Below the pieces are notes generated by a model. The model saw nothing but the letters and a program-made list of their open reading frames with translations, made no database searches and was not told where the DNA came from. From NCBI GenBank assembly GCA_000320545.1, contig ADNK01002892.1, positions 1 through 48,929 on the forward strand: 48,929 nucleotides of DNA. The letters run 5' to 3'. Positions 24,260 to 38,329 of the stretch are shown one piece after another. Source of the DNA: Bigelowiella natans CCMP2755. Lineage: Eukaryota; Protista; Cercozoa. Both the position numbers and the translations under genes were made by a program. How positions within the stretch are numbered: the first letter of the stretch is position 1; each line of letters opens with the position of its first letter.

Positions 24260-24316
24260 TTATGCAAATAATAGGCCAGAAATAACGTGACCTACTCTGG
24301 CACTTTCGATTTAAAT

Positions 24317-24355
<39 letters not shown>

Positions 24356-24769
24356 TATTCGATGCGAATGTATGCGAATTCTATTAAAACTTTATACCGC
24401 TCCGGCGCACAAGGGTGCGCATGCTTGGAGAACTACTGCTAAACCTAGAAGCTAAATAGCCTGTACAAAGAGAAGTGGAATTTAGAAGAAAAAGCTATTT
24501 GTTTTGTTCATTTTCGCAAACATAGTTGAATGCGAATAAAGAGATTCCGAAACTTCTCTTCCGAATTCTTGCAGTAAGCGATGTTTCATGGGTGCATACT
24601 ATCTGCAATACTGTGTGCCGTTTGATTACTTTCGATGTTCTTTTCGATCAAATGCTATTGACAATCCGCTTTTCTCGATGGATTGTTTACAATTAAAAAA
24701 AAACAGAAATATAATATAAATGATGCGCACGTCCAAAATTTGTATCGGACCTACCCCCTAGTGCTGCTG

Positions 24770-26924
24770 AGATTAAGGCCCTCATTCAATCAAAAGAAGC
24801 GAAGGAGAGCACTACCAAATGGCCTCTGTAAAAAAATCTTCGAGCAAACGGTTGAAACAGAGATGTTCAACACTGCAAAAAAGACAATATCACTTTCAAC
24901 GCCCGAAATATTCGGACTATTCTGGACGAGAGTGGTCCCTGGAGAGAATACTTGGCGAGGAGGGGGGGAGGAAAGGGAAGGTTGGTGTGATTTTGGTATT
25001 TTTAAAACAAATAGAAATGCAGGCCTTTTCTCCAATATTGTCTTGTTAAAAATAGATGACATTTTGAGCATGCGACTTCACTGTGAAGAAAATGACATAC
25101 GCACCGTTGCACCTTTTCTGGCACTGTTTTCATTGGACAAACTACGAGTCGTACCCACGTGTTCACAAGTCCTCGCAATCGCTTTTGCTTGCAATCCATG
25201 AAAGTGGTTCATCAAATTTCATGGAAAATACTTCGGCGAAAAGTCATGGCTGGGAAGGATTCGAACGCATGTCTCACCCGATGTAGAAAATCGGGATTGG
25301 CAGAGATTCCCCTGACACTTTTTCAGATGAAGATTGGCTGATCAATGATGTCGGAATTACCGGGCACTGGAGGCTTTTCACGACAAATGGCGCCCCTTCT
25401 GCAGTGTTTTTGAAACAATCGGAAAACAACAAGCACGTTTTCAAGGAAACAAGAGCTGCACGCTGCAACATTTGTCAGGAGCGAAAATCACGCAGATCTC
25501 CAAGGAAAAGCTTCTGGAAAAAAATCCGGGATAAAAAAACTGTGTCAGATTCCTTGTCGCAATCTGAAATGTGCATGGATTCAACTGCATGTCAACATAG
25601 AGCTCGCTTGCCCTCCACTTCTTTTCTTTACGTCTCATTTTGTTTGGTAGCTGTTTAGTTTTCGCTATCATGTCGAAAATGACCTACACTAATGGACAAA
25701 AAATAGGGATTTGGTTTGTTTCTCAGGGCAATTGTGGTAGTAGAAAGCTGCAGTAGACGCTAAATCTAAAAGAAAAATGAAAACCAAAGCCCCGCGCTCT
25801 CCCCTTCACGAGGTACTTGTGTACCCGCTGACGAGCGTCCTTCTCTTGCATTGCCAGAGGCGCCAACCGAATTCTGCAGGAGTTACGGAAAATTGAGAAC
25901 CCGATTGGAAGTTAGAGGATTTCGCTTTGAAAACATGGTTCTTTGCTGAAGGAGCTAAGCTTAGTGGTGGAGTCGGTGGACTCTGTATATACGAAGGGAA
26001 AGATTCTTGATGATGGAGATAGAAACAAACGCATGGGGATTGCCAGAACTGTGCACGTGTACGGTGAGAAGTTTCTCATTTAGACCCTTTTGGACTTTTT
26101 TTTGATAAAGGGGACTTACTTACATCATATTCTTCGTTGAAGGATGTCGGCCATTCCCCGCATCAATGTTCTCGCTGCGGAGCAGGAGTTTGCGAGGTAA
26201 GACTATAAGAAAACAATTTATTTTTAATTAACTTTGGTAAAGATTACTATACTGTAACATAAAAAATCCATTTATTTATGCCAGTTGATTCATTAGAGTT
26301 TATTCTACTCGATGTCTTAGGGTTGTGGGAAGAACGACTTATCAACATGTTTTAAGTGGACTTGTAAAGGAAGCTGTAAGGACTTTCACCATATCAAGTG
26401 TGGATACAGAATTATTATTGATTTCCAAAACATTTCCTACAACATTGATTTTGGCTGCTCTCGCAATGACTTAGTCGAAGTTATGAAGTTAAAGCAAAAC
26501 AAACCATTTTTTAATGTTCTTTTCGTGGAGGAATTTTGGAGTATGAATCCACCAATGGATTGTATAGTGCGAGGAAATTTATCTGTTATTTGCACAATGT
26601 AACGAGTGCAAACAGTTACAAAAAATTGGAAGGATTACAACTATATGAAAGGAAAATTCATTATTCATTACGCTGATTAAGATAATGTATTATATTGAAT
26701 AAGAGAGAAAGGCTTCAAACTCATATATGTTATGAACCTGTTTATCTCTTTCGCACTGATTTTAAGTTAAATTTCTTAACATTATGCTTTTATATCATTT
26801 TCCGATCAGAGGAGGTCGGACAACCAATGCTGCTCCTTCTCTGTTCCAAATATTATGCAATATGCGCAGTGAAGATGAGCATATTCTCAGGTTAGAAAAG
26901 ATCATCAGGTTTTTTATTTTTACA

Positions 26925-26965
<41 letters not shown>

Positions 26966-27878
26966 TAGATAAACTAATCTACATTCGATTTTGACGGGAC
27001 TCTAATTTCTAAGCCCAAACAGTGCAGCTCTCAGAGTCAAGGGAGACGAGAACAAAACTGCTGCAGCAAAAAGGTCCTTGGGCTCTCAGGTTAGATCTAA
27101 ATGAATCATTTTCCCTTTCCATATTTTGGTTAAAGTTTCAAATTACATATATATTATTCATTTAAAGTTATACGTAATACAGGTTGATAGAAACTATTGC
27201 TAGCGAATATTCCAAATATCATACTTTTAAAATTCGCTTGATATTACAATGATTAAATGTCATATGAATTAGCTGGAGAGTAGGTATTTTGCGAGCGATA
27301 TTACAAATGAGAGCGGCGCTTCTATCGACATTGGAATGGAACCAGACAAAAGTGATGCGAAAGTCATCTCGCGTAAAAAGGGAAGCCTTTCTCAACAGAA
27401 AACCCAGTGTGACAGAAGCATTTTTTGTAATAAGAAACGAAGAGTAATGCGGGCAAACCATGGAAAACACTCGAATTCGAATAAGACAAGTATAGATTTT
27501 CGTCATAGTATTGTGGCCGGAGCATCACCGGACACAAAATTGTGTCCTCCCATCGTCGAGAAAAGAAATGAAACGGAATTAGACTGGGAAAGCGCTGCTC
27601 TGTTTCAAATGCCGAAATCCCCGTGTCGAAAGCAGCGACAACAGCAAGATCAGCAGCGCTTGAAAGCTCCCCCGTTTCTCAGCGTTCGCATTCCCAAAAA
27701 TGCATCAGATAACCAAAGCTGTAAGATGGTAGGGAACACGGACAATAATGCGGAGAATCTCGCGAAAGAATTTATAAGGCAGCCTAAATATGATCAGCAA
27801 AATAAGTTACGATTTCATCAAGAAATTAAACGTAAAGATCTGCATAATGACGCTGTATCTGCTCGAAACAACAGGTAG
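24770..27878 (+). CDS. Hypothetical multi-exon protein with a Cys-rich segment
   Basis: GT-AG-bounded exons at ~25965-26063, 26143-26196 and 26321-26375 splice to CTCTDVGHSPHQCSRCGAGVCEGCGKNDLSTCFKWTC. A terminal low-complexity exon lies at ~27300-27878. The 5' exon structure is unresolved. Confidence 0.4.
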
Positions 27879-28491
27879 TTATGACCTGAGGTGGGGTGGA
27901 GTAAGTAACAGAATAGGATAGCTAAAAATAAGTGTGAAAGAAAATAGCGAAAATTTGAATTTCAATTTTTAGTTGAGTACAAATACAAAATTGAGTTTGT
28001 AATAAAAGAAATATATTTGTTATGACGAAAAACAACAGTCATCAAAGAGTTTATCTATCTACAATTAATTTTTTTGATATTTTGAACACATATCTCAATA
28101 TAGTTTTATAGTCATAAGCTTCCTCGCATAATGCCGTCGATATTCAAATGATCTATGAAAATTGTTTTGAGGGGAGATGAAAGTTTCATTGCTAGATATT
28201 GGAAACAACATATATGTTCGTCTCTTTAAATACAATTGAATATTAAAAGAGTGGAGATGAATCGCTCTCTTCCTCTATTTTTTTCTCCCCTTCTCTTTGC
28301 CCGTTTATATCCCCCGTCCTCTCCCTGTCGTAAATGGACACACAGATAATGCATACAGTGTTGGATGTGTGTTTGTGTGTTTGTGTATATAACAATGATT
28401 TAGCGCAAATGTTTTTAATATTTCTAAATATATTTTTAACTTTCGTACAGGTTTCATCAAATTAAAATTTGTTATGTATATCGTCTCGCAG

Positions 28492-29767
28492 AAATGAACC
28501 AAGCGTGCATTATGCAGTCTCGTCATTAAGACAGCCGGAAGCACCTGTAAGTCCTTCCCCCTCTCATCAGCAGCCGATGCTATGGAATGTAGTTAGGGCA
28601 TCTGATACACTTATGTTAAAAGAGAGATACGAGAGAAGGGACGAGCAGGTACGACATAATACCGCTTAATTAAACAAAAATCTGAATCGAAGTAAGTCGT
28701 GGTTGGTGATTAAAAGAGACAGAGAGCTTATTGAATATGAACACAAATGAGGGGAAACATGTCACACTACTATCGTCCTGCACTCTTCCCTCATGTCATT
28801 CACCGTTCCTCTCGACCCCTTCACAATTGCTTATATTATGATCGGTACTAAGTATTTCGGTTCGGAACGTCTTTCTTCACAGGTATCATTGACCTCATAC
28901 CCAGCTCCTACAATGAGGACAACTTTAAATCCAAGCCTTGATGACAGAAGCAGAACCAGCAACGCTGCCGCTAATGGCAGATCAAGCAACCGAACAAGTT
29001 CGACCGTTAGCACTATTCTGCACAAGGAGAACGATACCCGATTGATCTCTGTTCCTGTGCGTTCCACAACAACCATAACAACACAAGTCAAATCAGGTCG
29101 ATCTATAGCGTCTGTTTCGTCACACTTTGTGTCTACCTCACATACGAGGCTTGGAGCAACGGCTACCGCATCATTATCCGCCTCTGGCTCGGGATCGACG
29201 ATCAGCAAACCCGTCGCCCTTGCCAGTGGCAGGGGTGGTTGTCATAACAACAAAAAAACTGCGCTGGACTCTGTAGTCAATCTACACAAAGTTCGACCGG
29301 CGGTCAGAGCTGCAGGAGTCTTCTCCTACCCCACTTCTCCCCCTAGGGCTAATATGTCGCTCAATAGTGAATTTACGAAGATTCATTATACCAATGAGGT
29401 CATTGCAGGATATGGCAGCACCAACCAAGTTCATAATTCCTTAACAAGATTACACCAACAACCGCTGTCGCTTCAGTACTCAAGCATCCCTGCTGAATGT
29501 CCGATCATAACGGGACAGAGGCAGCTTCCTTTCGATGCTCAGTGTTATTTCGGAGCGGGGAGCCGAGATGAGGTAGCAGATAAACCTAATTCAAATCGTA
29601 GTAAAAATAAATTAATTAGATACTATTATATCCATTCTCCCATCGAAGAGCCTATACGCCTACGAACGACATGCGGAAAAGAGACCATTCACTATACTGA
29701 TTGTGTTTTTTTGTGTTTGTGTGTATATAAGGGTTTCTGTGCGTGTGTCTCTGTGCATGTCTATCTA

Positions 29768-29816
<49 letters not shown>

Positions 29817-30835
29817 GTGCGTATGTGTGTGAACATGAATCGCTTAGAATCGATTATAATGTGTTTGTGTGAATTTGTTCTCCGCACCTTCAGCACTCAT
29901 TGTCAACTTACCGCCGTTATGAAGAAGGCCGCCGCGTCTGTACTGCTCCTCCTTTGAGGAAAATATCGCAACAGACGCTTGGGCTTAATACTTGGTACGT
30001 GTTTATTGTATGTTGTAAGTGTTAGTACGTGTTTTTGGTAAGTGTAGAAGCAAGTGTTAAAACCCATTTGTTCAATTTAGAAATTTATTGAATCAACGCA
30101 GGTTTCATTGTCCCCCCGAAAACCTCCTTACTTCCACTGCTGCTGAAGGTGATATATATGCCCAGCTTTATTCGGACCTACACGCAATTGCCATACCCTT
30201 AGCAGCGTCTGTTTTGGCAAACCAATTGGTATCTTCAAATGGAGGAAGTGATTCCTCACAACAACAGCCACTTCGGCTCAAAAAACATGCGTGTCCTGTC
30301 TGCCAAAGAAGGTGCGGTTAATGATAGTCATATAATGATAGTGCTGATGTGAGAGTATTGGAACGACTATAAGAGTCTTAGTGGTAGGCCAGTCTTCATT
30401 TCCATTCATCACTTTTGTTTTTTGTACACATTTAATTAGTTCTAGTTTAGTGTATTGATCTAGTGTGAATATTTTTCCCATTTCCTTCCCTTCCCACCTT
30501 TGAATTTATTCAGGTTCACACAGAGAAGCAATATGATTGCGCATACGCGAACGCACACAGGTGAGAAACCGTACAAATGCTTTGTCTGCCAGAGAGCTTT
30601 CGCTCAGAAGTCAAATCTCAAGCGCCACGGGAAGATTCACACTCGGAAGAAAAGGAAACATCGACAGCGAGTAGAGCAGAGAACTACGGAAACAACCTCT
30701 TTAAAAATAAAGAACGGAGGAGAATCTGAGAAGGCTGATGCTAATCGTGAAGTCATATCTGAGACTTCTGACATATCCTCATCGAATATGTTATCAGTAT
30801 CATCAACAACGCCACAATCAAAATCATTATTATGA
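28492..30835 (+). CDS. C2H2 zinc-finger transcription factor (two fingers)
   Basis: HACPVCQR|[43 protein letters not shown] across intron ~30312-30512. A long Ser/Thr-rich exon lies at 28883-29571. The start may be upstream (~28334). Confidence 0.88.
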
Positions 30836-31119
30836 CCTATGTCTTCGCCTACACCATTCCCTTATTCCCCGTTGCTCAATCGCCAAGTGGGCTAGATTCT
30901 TCACCTCTGGACTTTATTCTCGTCCATAGAACGGAGCAAACATGCGTAATTCAACTGAGACGAACGGCATGGAAAGTGACCTGAGTTCGAAAGGATATAT
31001 AATAATTGGAGTTAATTAGTTTTAATTCAAAGTTAGTTTTAAACTATGACACAATGGCCATCTGTCTCCCTTTCTTACATTCTGATCTCTTCTGGAAAAC
31101 TTAATTAATAACAAGGAAA

Positions 31120-32330
31120 TCATTTGTGATGTACATTGTACGCCCGTGCAAAAACACTATTGCAATGAACAGCATTATCATAACAAAATGAAGAGCGATG
31201 GAACATTGCAATCTGTCCAATGTTCCTGCAAACCATGACATTTGACAGTTTAGTAAGTATGAATAAGATGCAAAAAAATGAATTTTTTGATCAAAATCGA
31301 AATTAATCGGTGTCGATAATAATTAGTTCAACAATTGAAAATGCAATATCTGGCCCTGCAGAATGCCGCAATCAGCAGGCTCAATTTGAATGCCACAAAG
31401 AACGCGCGCAAAAAAAATCAATTGAATCATCAGCACATGAATCATGAGGCAATGCACCGCGTAGTTGCATGTATTTGCACCATTCTAACAGCCTTTTCTG
31501 GTGCAGTTGTTGTGTCTAAGAATTTGCAAACGTTTGCAACTGTCACATGCATCGCAGCAATTATTAACGACGTTTCACAATGTGTGACTTGGACTTTGCG
31601 ACTGTTGGATCCTTTCTTTTGTGTTCTCACAAATGCACATTTTGGCAACATGCGCGCTTGTCTAACTTGTGCCTGATATCCTCACCCTTCAAGACTAGCA
31701 GACTGTCGTTGGGATTGGGACTAGTTCACATGCAAACAAAAAAGCGAATGAACCACAGTTCATCGGTGCAGATCAGAAACTGAACTTGATGAGTCTAGCA
31801 TGCAATTAACTAATGTAGGTAGAGCAACAACAAGCAAAACAAAAGTTGTCGAACCTGCTAGCCTGACACAATTTGTAGTAAGCCTCACGCACCATCCGTT
31901 GTTTCGTGGAGCTCGCTAGCTCGTCGCACGACGTCCACCTGCCTGCGTGCAGCTCTTCAGCTGGGTGACCTCAGCAGCTAGACATGCACGAATGTGCATG
32001 AAAAGAGGTTTTGATGAAAACAAAATCAAACATCACCAGTGTTGTTCCTGGTCACCATTGTGTGTGCATCGGCGTGCCTCCAGAACTTTCCCAAGCTCGT
32101 CGTCCCGGTCACTCAAACTCCTAACTGCCACTTGAACCAATGCAGACGAGGAAGATCGTTTTCACCAGTCGCGCACATTGAAATGAACTGTTCATCGTTG
32201 CCTCAGATCTGTCACTGCACTCACCATGACGATGGAGAAAGGTTGCAACAGCACATCCATCGTGGTGGGCACGAAGCAATCGTGGAAGGCTATGTCCTTT
32301 TAATTTTGCGACAAATGAATAATTTGTCTG
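31120..32330. other. TpA-depleted intergenic island 3
   Basis: TGCA/CATG/CTAG/TTAA-rich. Overlapping ORFs 31442, 31580 and 31947 contain no Tyr and are Cys/His-rich. Confidence 0.75.
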
Positions 32331-32413
32331 GTGGAAGTCTTTCATAAAAAACGACATGAGTTTCCATTTTTTTTTAATTAATTTTACAATCCAAATAAGA
32401 CTTAAATTCTACA

Positions 32414-34730
32414 ATGGCGTCGACTTCCAAGCGGCCCGTCTTCAGATGCGAGGTTCGATGGAGCTACGAACGTTTGTCAAATCGTAGTCACTAAGAAGAT
32501 ACAACTAAGAAGGTTTCCCATAGTTATGGCATGTGCTAACTCTTTTCAATACGCAGGTTTGCGACGTAGCTATGACATGTGCTAAGTCTCTTCAAGCCCA
32601 TCTTCAGGTTTAGAATGCATCTACTTACTACTGCCATTACCTTTCTGTGCCTCTAAATGTGATTCGCTCCCATTGATGATTACCGAATTTCTGCATATGG
32701 ATTGCAAGGGCCGCAAGCACCTCGAAAGAATGTTCAAACGAAAACGAATGAAGATCTGCATGGACGACGGGGCTGCACTAAAGAAGACCCTTCGAATTCT
32801 TCTCCAAGTGAATGGTAAGGAGACGACATAAAATGGTGACGTCATAGCACCGTCGCTACACATACCTGTTGTACATTCGAGGAATCCATTTCACAAATAC
32901 TTGCGCGTACCTCTGCAAGTCCTGAGACCGAACACCAACTTTTCGCTAAAACCAGGGCACATCTCGTTAAAGCAGCAAGAATTATTAGAAATATACTTTG
33001 GTAATCGATCGATAGATGTAATTTTTCTGCGCGTTTCGCCCTTCAACATGCGCTATGAATACATCGAAAAACCACGTTTTTTTGTTACTTAAAACCCTTT
33101 CATAAATGGTATCAATACACAACATAACGACTCAAAAGAATGGTAAGAAGCGCCGCGCTGTATCGCAAAAATGAGTTATATTTTTATTCTCTGCTTCTAA
33201 TGTTCTTAAAGAGACAGTAAAAATTCCTTTTTGTACTAGTACATGACGCCGTTTGTAGTATTCAATACCTTTCTAACGATCAAATCGTATGATTGGTATC
33301 TAATATACCAGGCTCCTCCCGGCCTTCCCCAGTTTCGCAGAAAGCAAGCAATGGTGCTACACATAAAGGAGAACGAACAGAAGGAAACATCCTCGAAAAA
33401 TCCTGTGGTACCTGCGAAATGTGAATGCGTACATGAGCTAGCTGCATAGACTTTCGCTGAGAATAAACACTAAGTTTCCTTCGTCCATTAAACATATATT
33501 TCTATAGAAAGCAGCAGCAACGAGGAGACTGACAATGCGCGCGAACAGCGTGAATACAAGGATGATTACTCAGTTTTGCTCTACTACAAATGTAGTGTTG
33601 CCTACACCGACACATGCTAATCCCCCAATGTAAATGTGAGATCCACTTTTCTTAGGCTCTTCTACACGCATCGAACACACACATACACACACGCGCGCGC
33701 GCGCACAGACATATTTTGAATTATAATCATATGAATATTCATACAAGTTTCGAATTCATTGCGGTTTCTACGACTAATTTATCGCCCCAGACACCGCTAT
33801 CAAAGCACCAGAGGCAATGGTTTGGTGGCAGGACGCACTCTGCAGGTAATTCAGTATGGCGGTGCGCAATATGAGATAGATGTTCCCGTGCACTAAGGAC
33901 CGACGTTGCCTCTCTTTTCGCGGGGACGATTTGCGCGTTTGCAGTCTCCATGCATACATTTGCATTCGGTGGTTTTGGTTTCCATTGCAATGGAATTGAA
34001 AGACTAATCGGTTTGCAACCCCACGCGAAAAGCTAACTATTGATGACTCCCTTTACGAATGCGCTTTGAATGTATCTTAACAAATTCATTGTTTTATCTA
34101 TCGATGCGTATGTCTGTATATCTCTCATTTCTTAAGGAGTGGGGGCAGAAAGGGGGAGGGGGAGGGGGGGTCGGAGAACGATAGATAAAGTCGTGTTTTG
34201 TATCATGATGAATGAACCGAGCGCCTATTTATACGCAAAGGGCCTTACGGCTGTGCGGACGGATAAGAATTGCAAAAGAGGTGGGTAAGGATGCCTGAGA
34301 CTGTAGGTGTTTATCTGGTGTCTATGTTCTTTATAACCACGCGAGGTCACGACTAGCTTGCTGTGGGTGTTCTACAATGATCTCATACGCGACTTTGAGT
34401 GTTCTCGTGTGTGGTAGTGTGCATGGTTGCGTGCGTGTGTGGGGGCATTATTTGGATTTCGATTCAGTTTCCTCTCCTTTGCAAAGGGAATTAACGGAAC
34501 CGTAGCAGGAAGATACGCTGCCCTTGAAATCTATAAAAGGTGAGGAATATATGTAAGGGGATGATAAATAATTATTATGACTATGGTGGTAGTAGAAGAG
34601 AAAGATGAGTAGAAAAATAGGCATAATTAGTAGGATGGATAACCGCTAGTTGTAGAATCGTCTAATGCTGTTTGCGTAATAACATGCACAAGTACACACA
34701 CTCGCACAGATACATATACACACACATATA

Positions 34731-34767
<37 letters not shown>

Positions 34768-35123
34768 GGTATATTTATATATTCATTGATCTTAATATCA
34801 TATAGTACCATCTCAATCTAAGTCTTTGATTAGTGCGATGGCACGTCATCCCGAGCTGTTGATGAAGTCGAGGGCATTCAAGGTACTAACACTACCATTG
34901 TAAATGAGGAATGAAGACACTTTACAGCGAAAGATGGATGCTATTCACCCGTTGTTCCTTCTGAATAAAGCGTTCGCCTATCTTTTCCTCGATATTTGAC
35001 CGCGAATAGCCGCTGCTTTTTTGAGTGCCCCAGTAGCTTACTTTGCATTTACAAATTATTGCCGATGATTTTATGTTACCGATGAAAGAGTTTTGAAAAA
35101 TATGCGCGTACACAAGTTAAAAT

Positions 35124-35162
<39 letters not shown>

Positions 35163-35982
35163 ACGGTCAAAGGAACGATAGAAAGAACGCACATTTGTTA
35201 TTCGGTAAAATCACAACAAAAAAAAATTGATGATGAAGATCTTTCTTTGTGTACATGTGCATTTTATGTTTCTTAGTCGTCAAGGGGAAGCTCGAGGGAT
35301 TTTGACACTCTTCAGGTATGTGTGTGTCCATCACATACGATATTATTCAATTAAGTTTTTCGAGTTATGTTTCCTCAAATATTATCTTCCTTTGCCCGTT
35401 TTGAGTGTTTTATGTTAATGCCTTTTGTGATTTCTACCTGTTTGATTCTTGGGGGTGGGGGTGGGTGTGCGGTAGGTGCGAGAATGCAAGGAAATTGTTG
35501 CTCTTGGTATCTCTCCAGAAGTCCTTGACACATCGAGTAAAGCATAAAACCCATAGACACACAGACTTGCATATGTGCAGTGATACTCACGCATTGGATG
35601 ATCAGATAGCTTCCATTTAACTACACGTGTGCATCTATGCGTAATACATTATTTTAAATCCCTAACTTTCAATAAATATCTCGATAAGTGGGTGGGCAGC
35701 ACCTGACACCGGAGCAGTTTCACAAGTGCCTTGGCAATCCCACGAGTGCCACTATTGCAGAGAGCAGCAGCAGCGGCAGAAGCCAAGGAGAGTGTTATGG
35801 AAATGACAAGGATAGAGGAGATGAAAAGAACGAAGTAGAGGCAGAAGGAGAAGAAGAAAAAGGCAATTTTCCTTCGGGTCTCGGGCCTGATACAAGGCCG
35901 CTGCTAATTGATTGTCGCAATATTTATGAATGGAAGGTGCGTTGTTTTGCCTCATCAATGGAGAAAGTGTGTGTTTGTGTGT

Positions 35983-36032
<50 letters not shown>

Positions 36033-38261
36033 GTGAGTGCGTGCACAAACACATAGACAGAAAAGGAAGCGACTGAATAGAATATGTAGTTTTTTGAAAA
36101 AATTATTTATCTTTGGTACTCAGGTTGGCATGTTTGATAAGGCAATCCTCCCCCCAACTCGCCAGTTCAGCGATTTTCCAAAGTAGCATTTATATGCCTT
36201 ATACTTTCACATATTTGTTCTTATATAAGAGATGCGAAACATGTGTGAAGGGGTGGGGTATTCGGTTATTTCAACCGGAAGTATAGTTTCTGATGACTGT
36301 TTGGTTCTGAAGAGGATTCAAAGTCTTAAGACGAATATATCAAAGGCGGTTGGAGAAAAGAAATAACAAAATTTAGAAGCCTTCAATACGGCTTTCACGA
36401 TAGATATTACGTCAAAAGATATTTGAGAGACAAGATGTACATCGTGATATTGATACTCGCTTTATCCAATATTCTTGTTCTATAGATTTGCTGATGAGCT
36501 GATAAAAAAGTACAATCTCTTGGGAAATAGTAGCAGTTGCAAAACGCCTTCAGCAAGTAGTCCTCCCCCCACAGCAGTGATGATGTGAGTTCTATCACAC
36601 GATGTCATTTTCTTTTCGAGAGAATATAACCCATGCGTGAAGTGAATAGCATGGGTTCTGTCATTTATGGTGGTATAAAATCTACACAACAATATGTTTT
36701 GCGGCCGGAAACAAGAAAAGCTTGCAGATTTTATATAAATATTTGTGATAGGTACTTATATATTTATTATTTGTATATATGAGCGCGGGATGACTTTTCT
36801 CTTTTTCACATATTTTTCTCCCTCCTCTCTCTTTTCTCTTTTCTTTCAGGTACTGCACGGGTGGAATCAGGTGCGAGCGTGGCTCAGGTAGCGTGCATTT
36901 CCATTGCGTAGATGCGTGCATATGTGTGCTTGAGTGTGTATTATTCTAATCAGCATATCTGAAATCACGTGGTGTGGCGAATGTCTACCAACTGGAGGTT
37001 GCTTCATATGGCTTGTTATATGATAGTTAATATATCTTTTGTATTGTGCTATATTGATTACTTGACGAGCATTGAAAACAAATTTTGGAAACGAAGATTT
37101 CCATTTTTCTTTAATTCAAATAAAAATGATTGAAACAGGATGAATCTAAGTAATAGTGAATTCTCATGTACGCGGGTAGTGACACTATACACACCACACG
37201 CGTGCGTGCTATACATATCATTATATTTCGTGATTCACGTACATATCAGGGCGGCATCCATAGATACCTAGAACGTTACCCTGATGGTGGTCACTTCAAG
37301 GGAAAGCTTTTTGTTTTCGATAAGAGAAGGCTGCTGGGGATACGTGACAACGCCGAGGTAGCAGTATGCATGGATCGTGATTGTGATTCATGTGTGTGTG
37401 TGTGTGTGGAAGAGAGAGAGCGAAAGAGAGAGGGAGAGAGAGAGTTTGTGTGCGTATATATATTCGTGTGATTGTTTTCATGAGAATTTTGAAAGAAAAA
37501 TCCGAAATCAAATACATAAGTACTTCTAATAGAGCACATGACTAACAAGCTTCCCATCAATCATCAGGTTGTAGGCCGCTGCGAGATCTGCAGAGCTAGA
37601 TACGACAAATACGAAAATAACGTAAAAGCACAGCTTAGTACCTGCTCTCCATGATTTTAGAAGCAATTTGCATTCGTTCCAAAAAAGAGATTTCTGCTAC
37701 TTGACGTCTGTACTGTGAACATTCGCACCTTTTCCCAGTGTTGGTTTTCTTCGATACACCTGACATCTTCTCAAAAGCTCGTGTAAAGCAATCTTACAAT
37801 AAAATATGCGAGATGCCCAGGAACATCACTGATTCCATGCATGCGTATGCATCTGAATTGTTGCATTCCAGGTTCGCTGCGTAGAATGTCGTTCCCTTGC
37901 TTTGATCTGCCCGAAATGCCGGTTATGCGGGACGGTTAAAGGAGAAACGGATGCAGGCAAATCACGTGGTCGGAAAGTTGACATCGAGCAGAAAAACTCA
38001 CGCATGCATGATTATAAATGCGACGATGACGCGAAGAAAGAGTCTTCAAAGTCCACAAGTTCAGGAGGAAGCGACGACGCCGTACCCAAAAACACAACGA
38101 GTAAATCATCACCCGAACAGTCAGGCATGGCATTGCCCCGTCGAGAAAATGGCGATAAAAACGACAAATCGATAATGGGTCGTAATGAACCACGGTCATC
38201 TTCACCACAATTTAGGTATACATGTGAGTTTTGCTTAAAAGCAAAAAGCAATGGGAGATGA
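32414..38261 (+). CDS. TSTD2: Rhodanese-domain protein of the TrhO/UPF0176/TSTD2 family with an N-terminal U1/matrin-type zinc finger
   Basis: Spliced motifs FRCE|VCDVAMTCAKSLQAHLQ|GRKH, VLLYYK, LCGRIRIAKE|GINGTVAG, HLTPEQFH, LLIDCRNIYEWK|VGMF, YCTGGIRCE (active-site loop, ~36850), VYQLE|GGIHRYLE..FKGKLFVFDKR, then a Cys-rich tail. TGA at 38259-38261. Confidence 0.9.
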
Positions 38262-38329
38262 CGATGACTGATTGAGTAAAACCATAGTGTTTTTGCATCA
38301 TTAAACAAATGATCACAAATTCACTTTCG

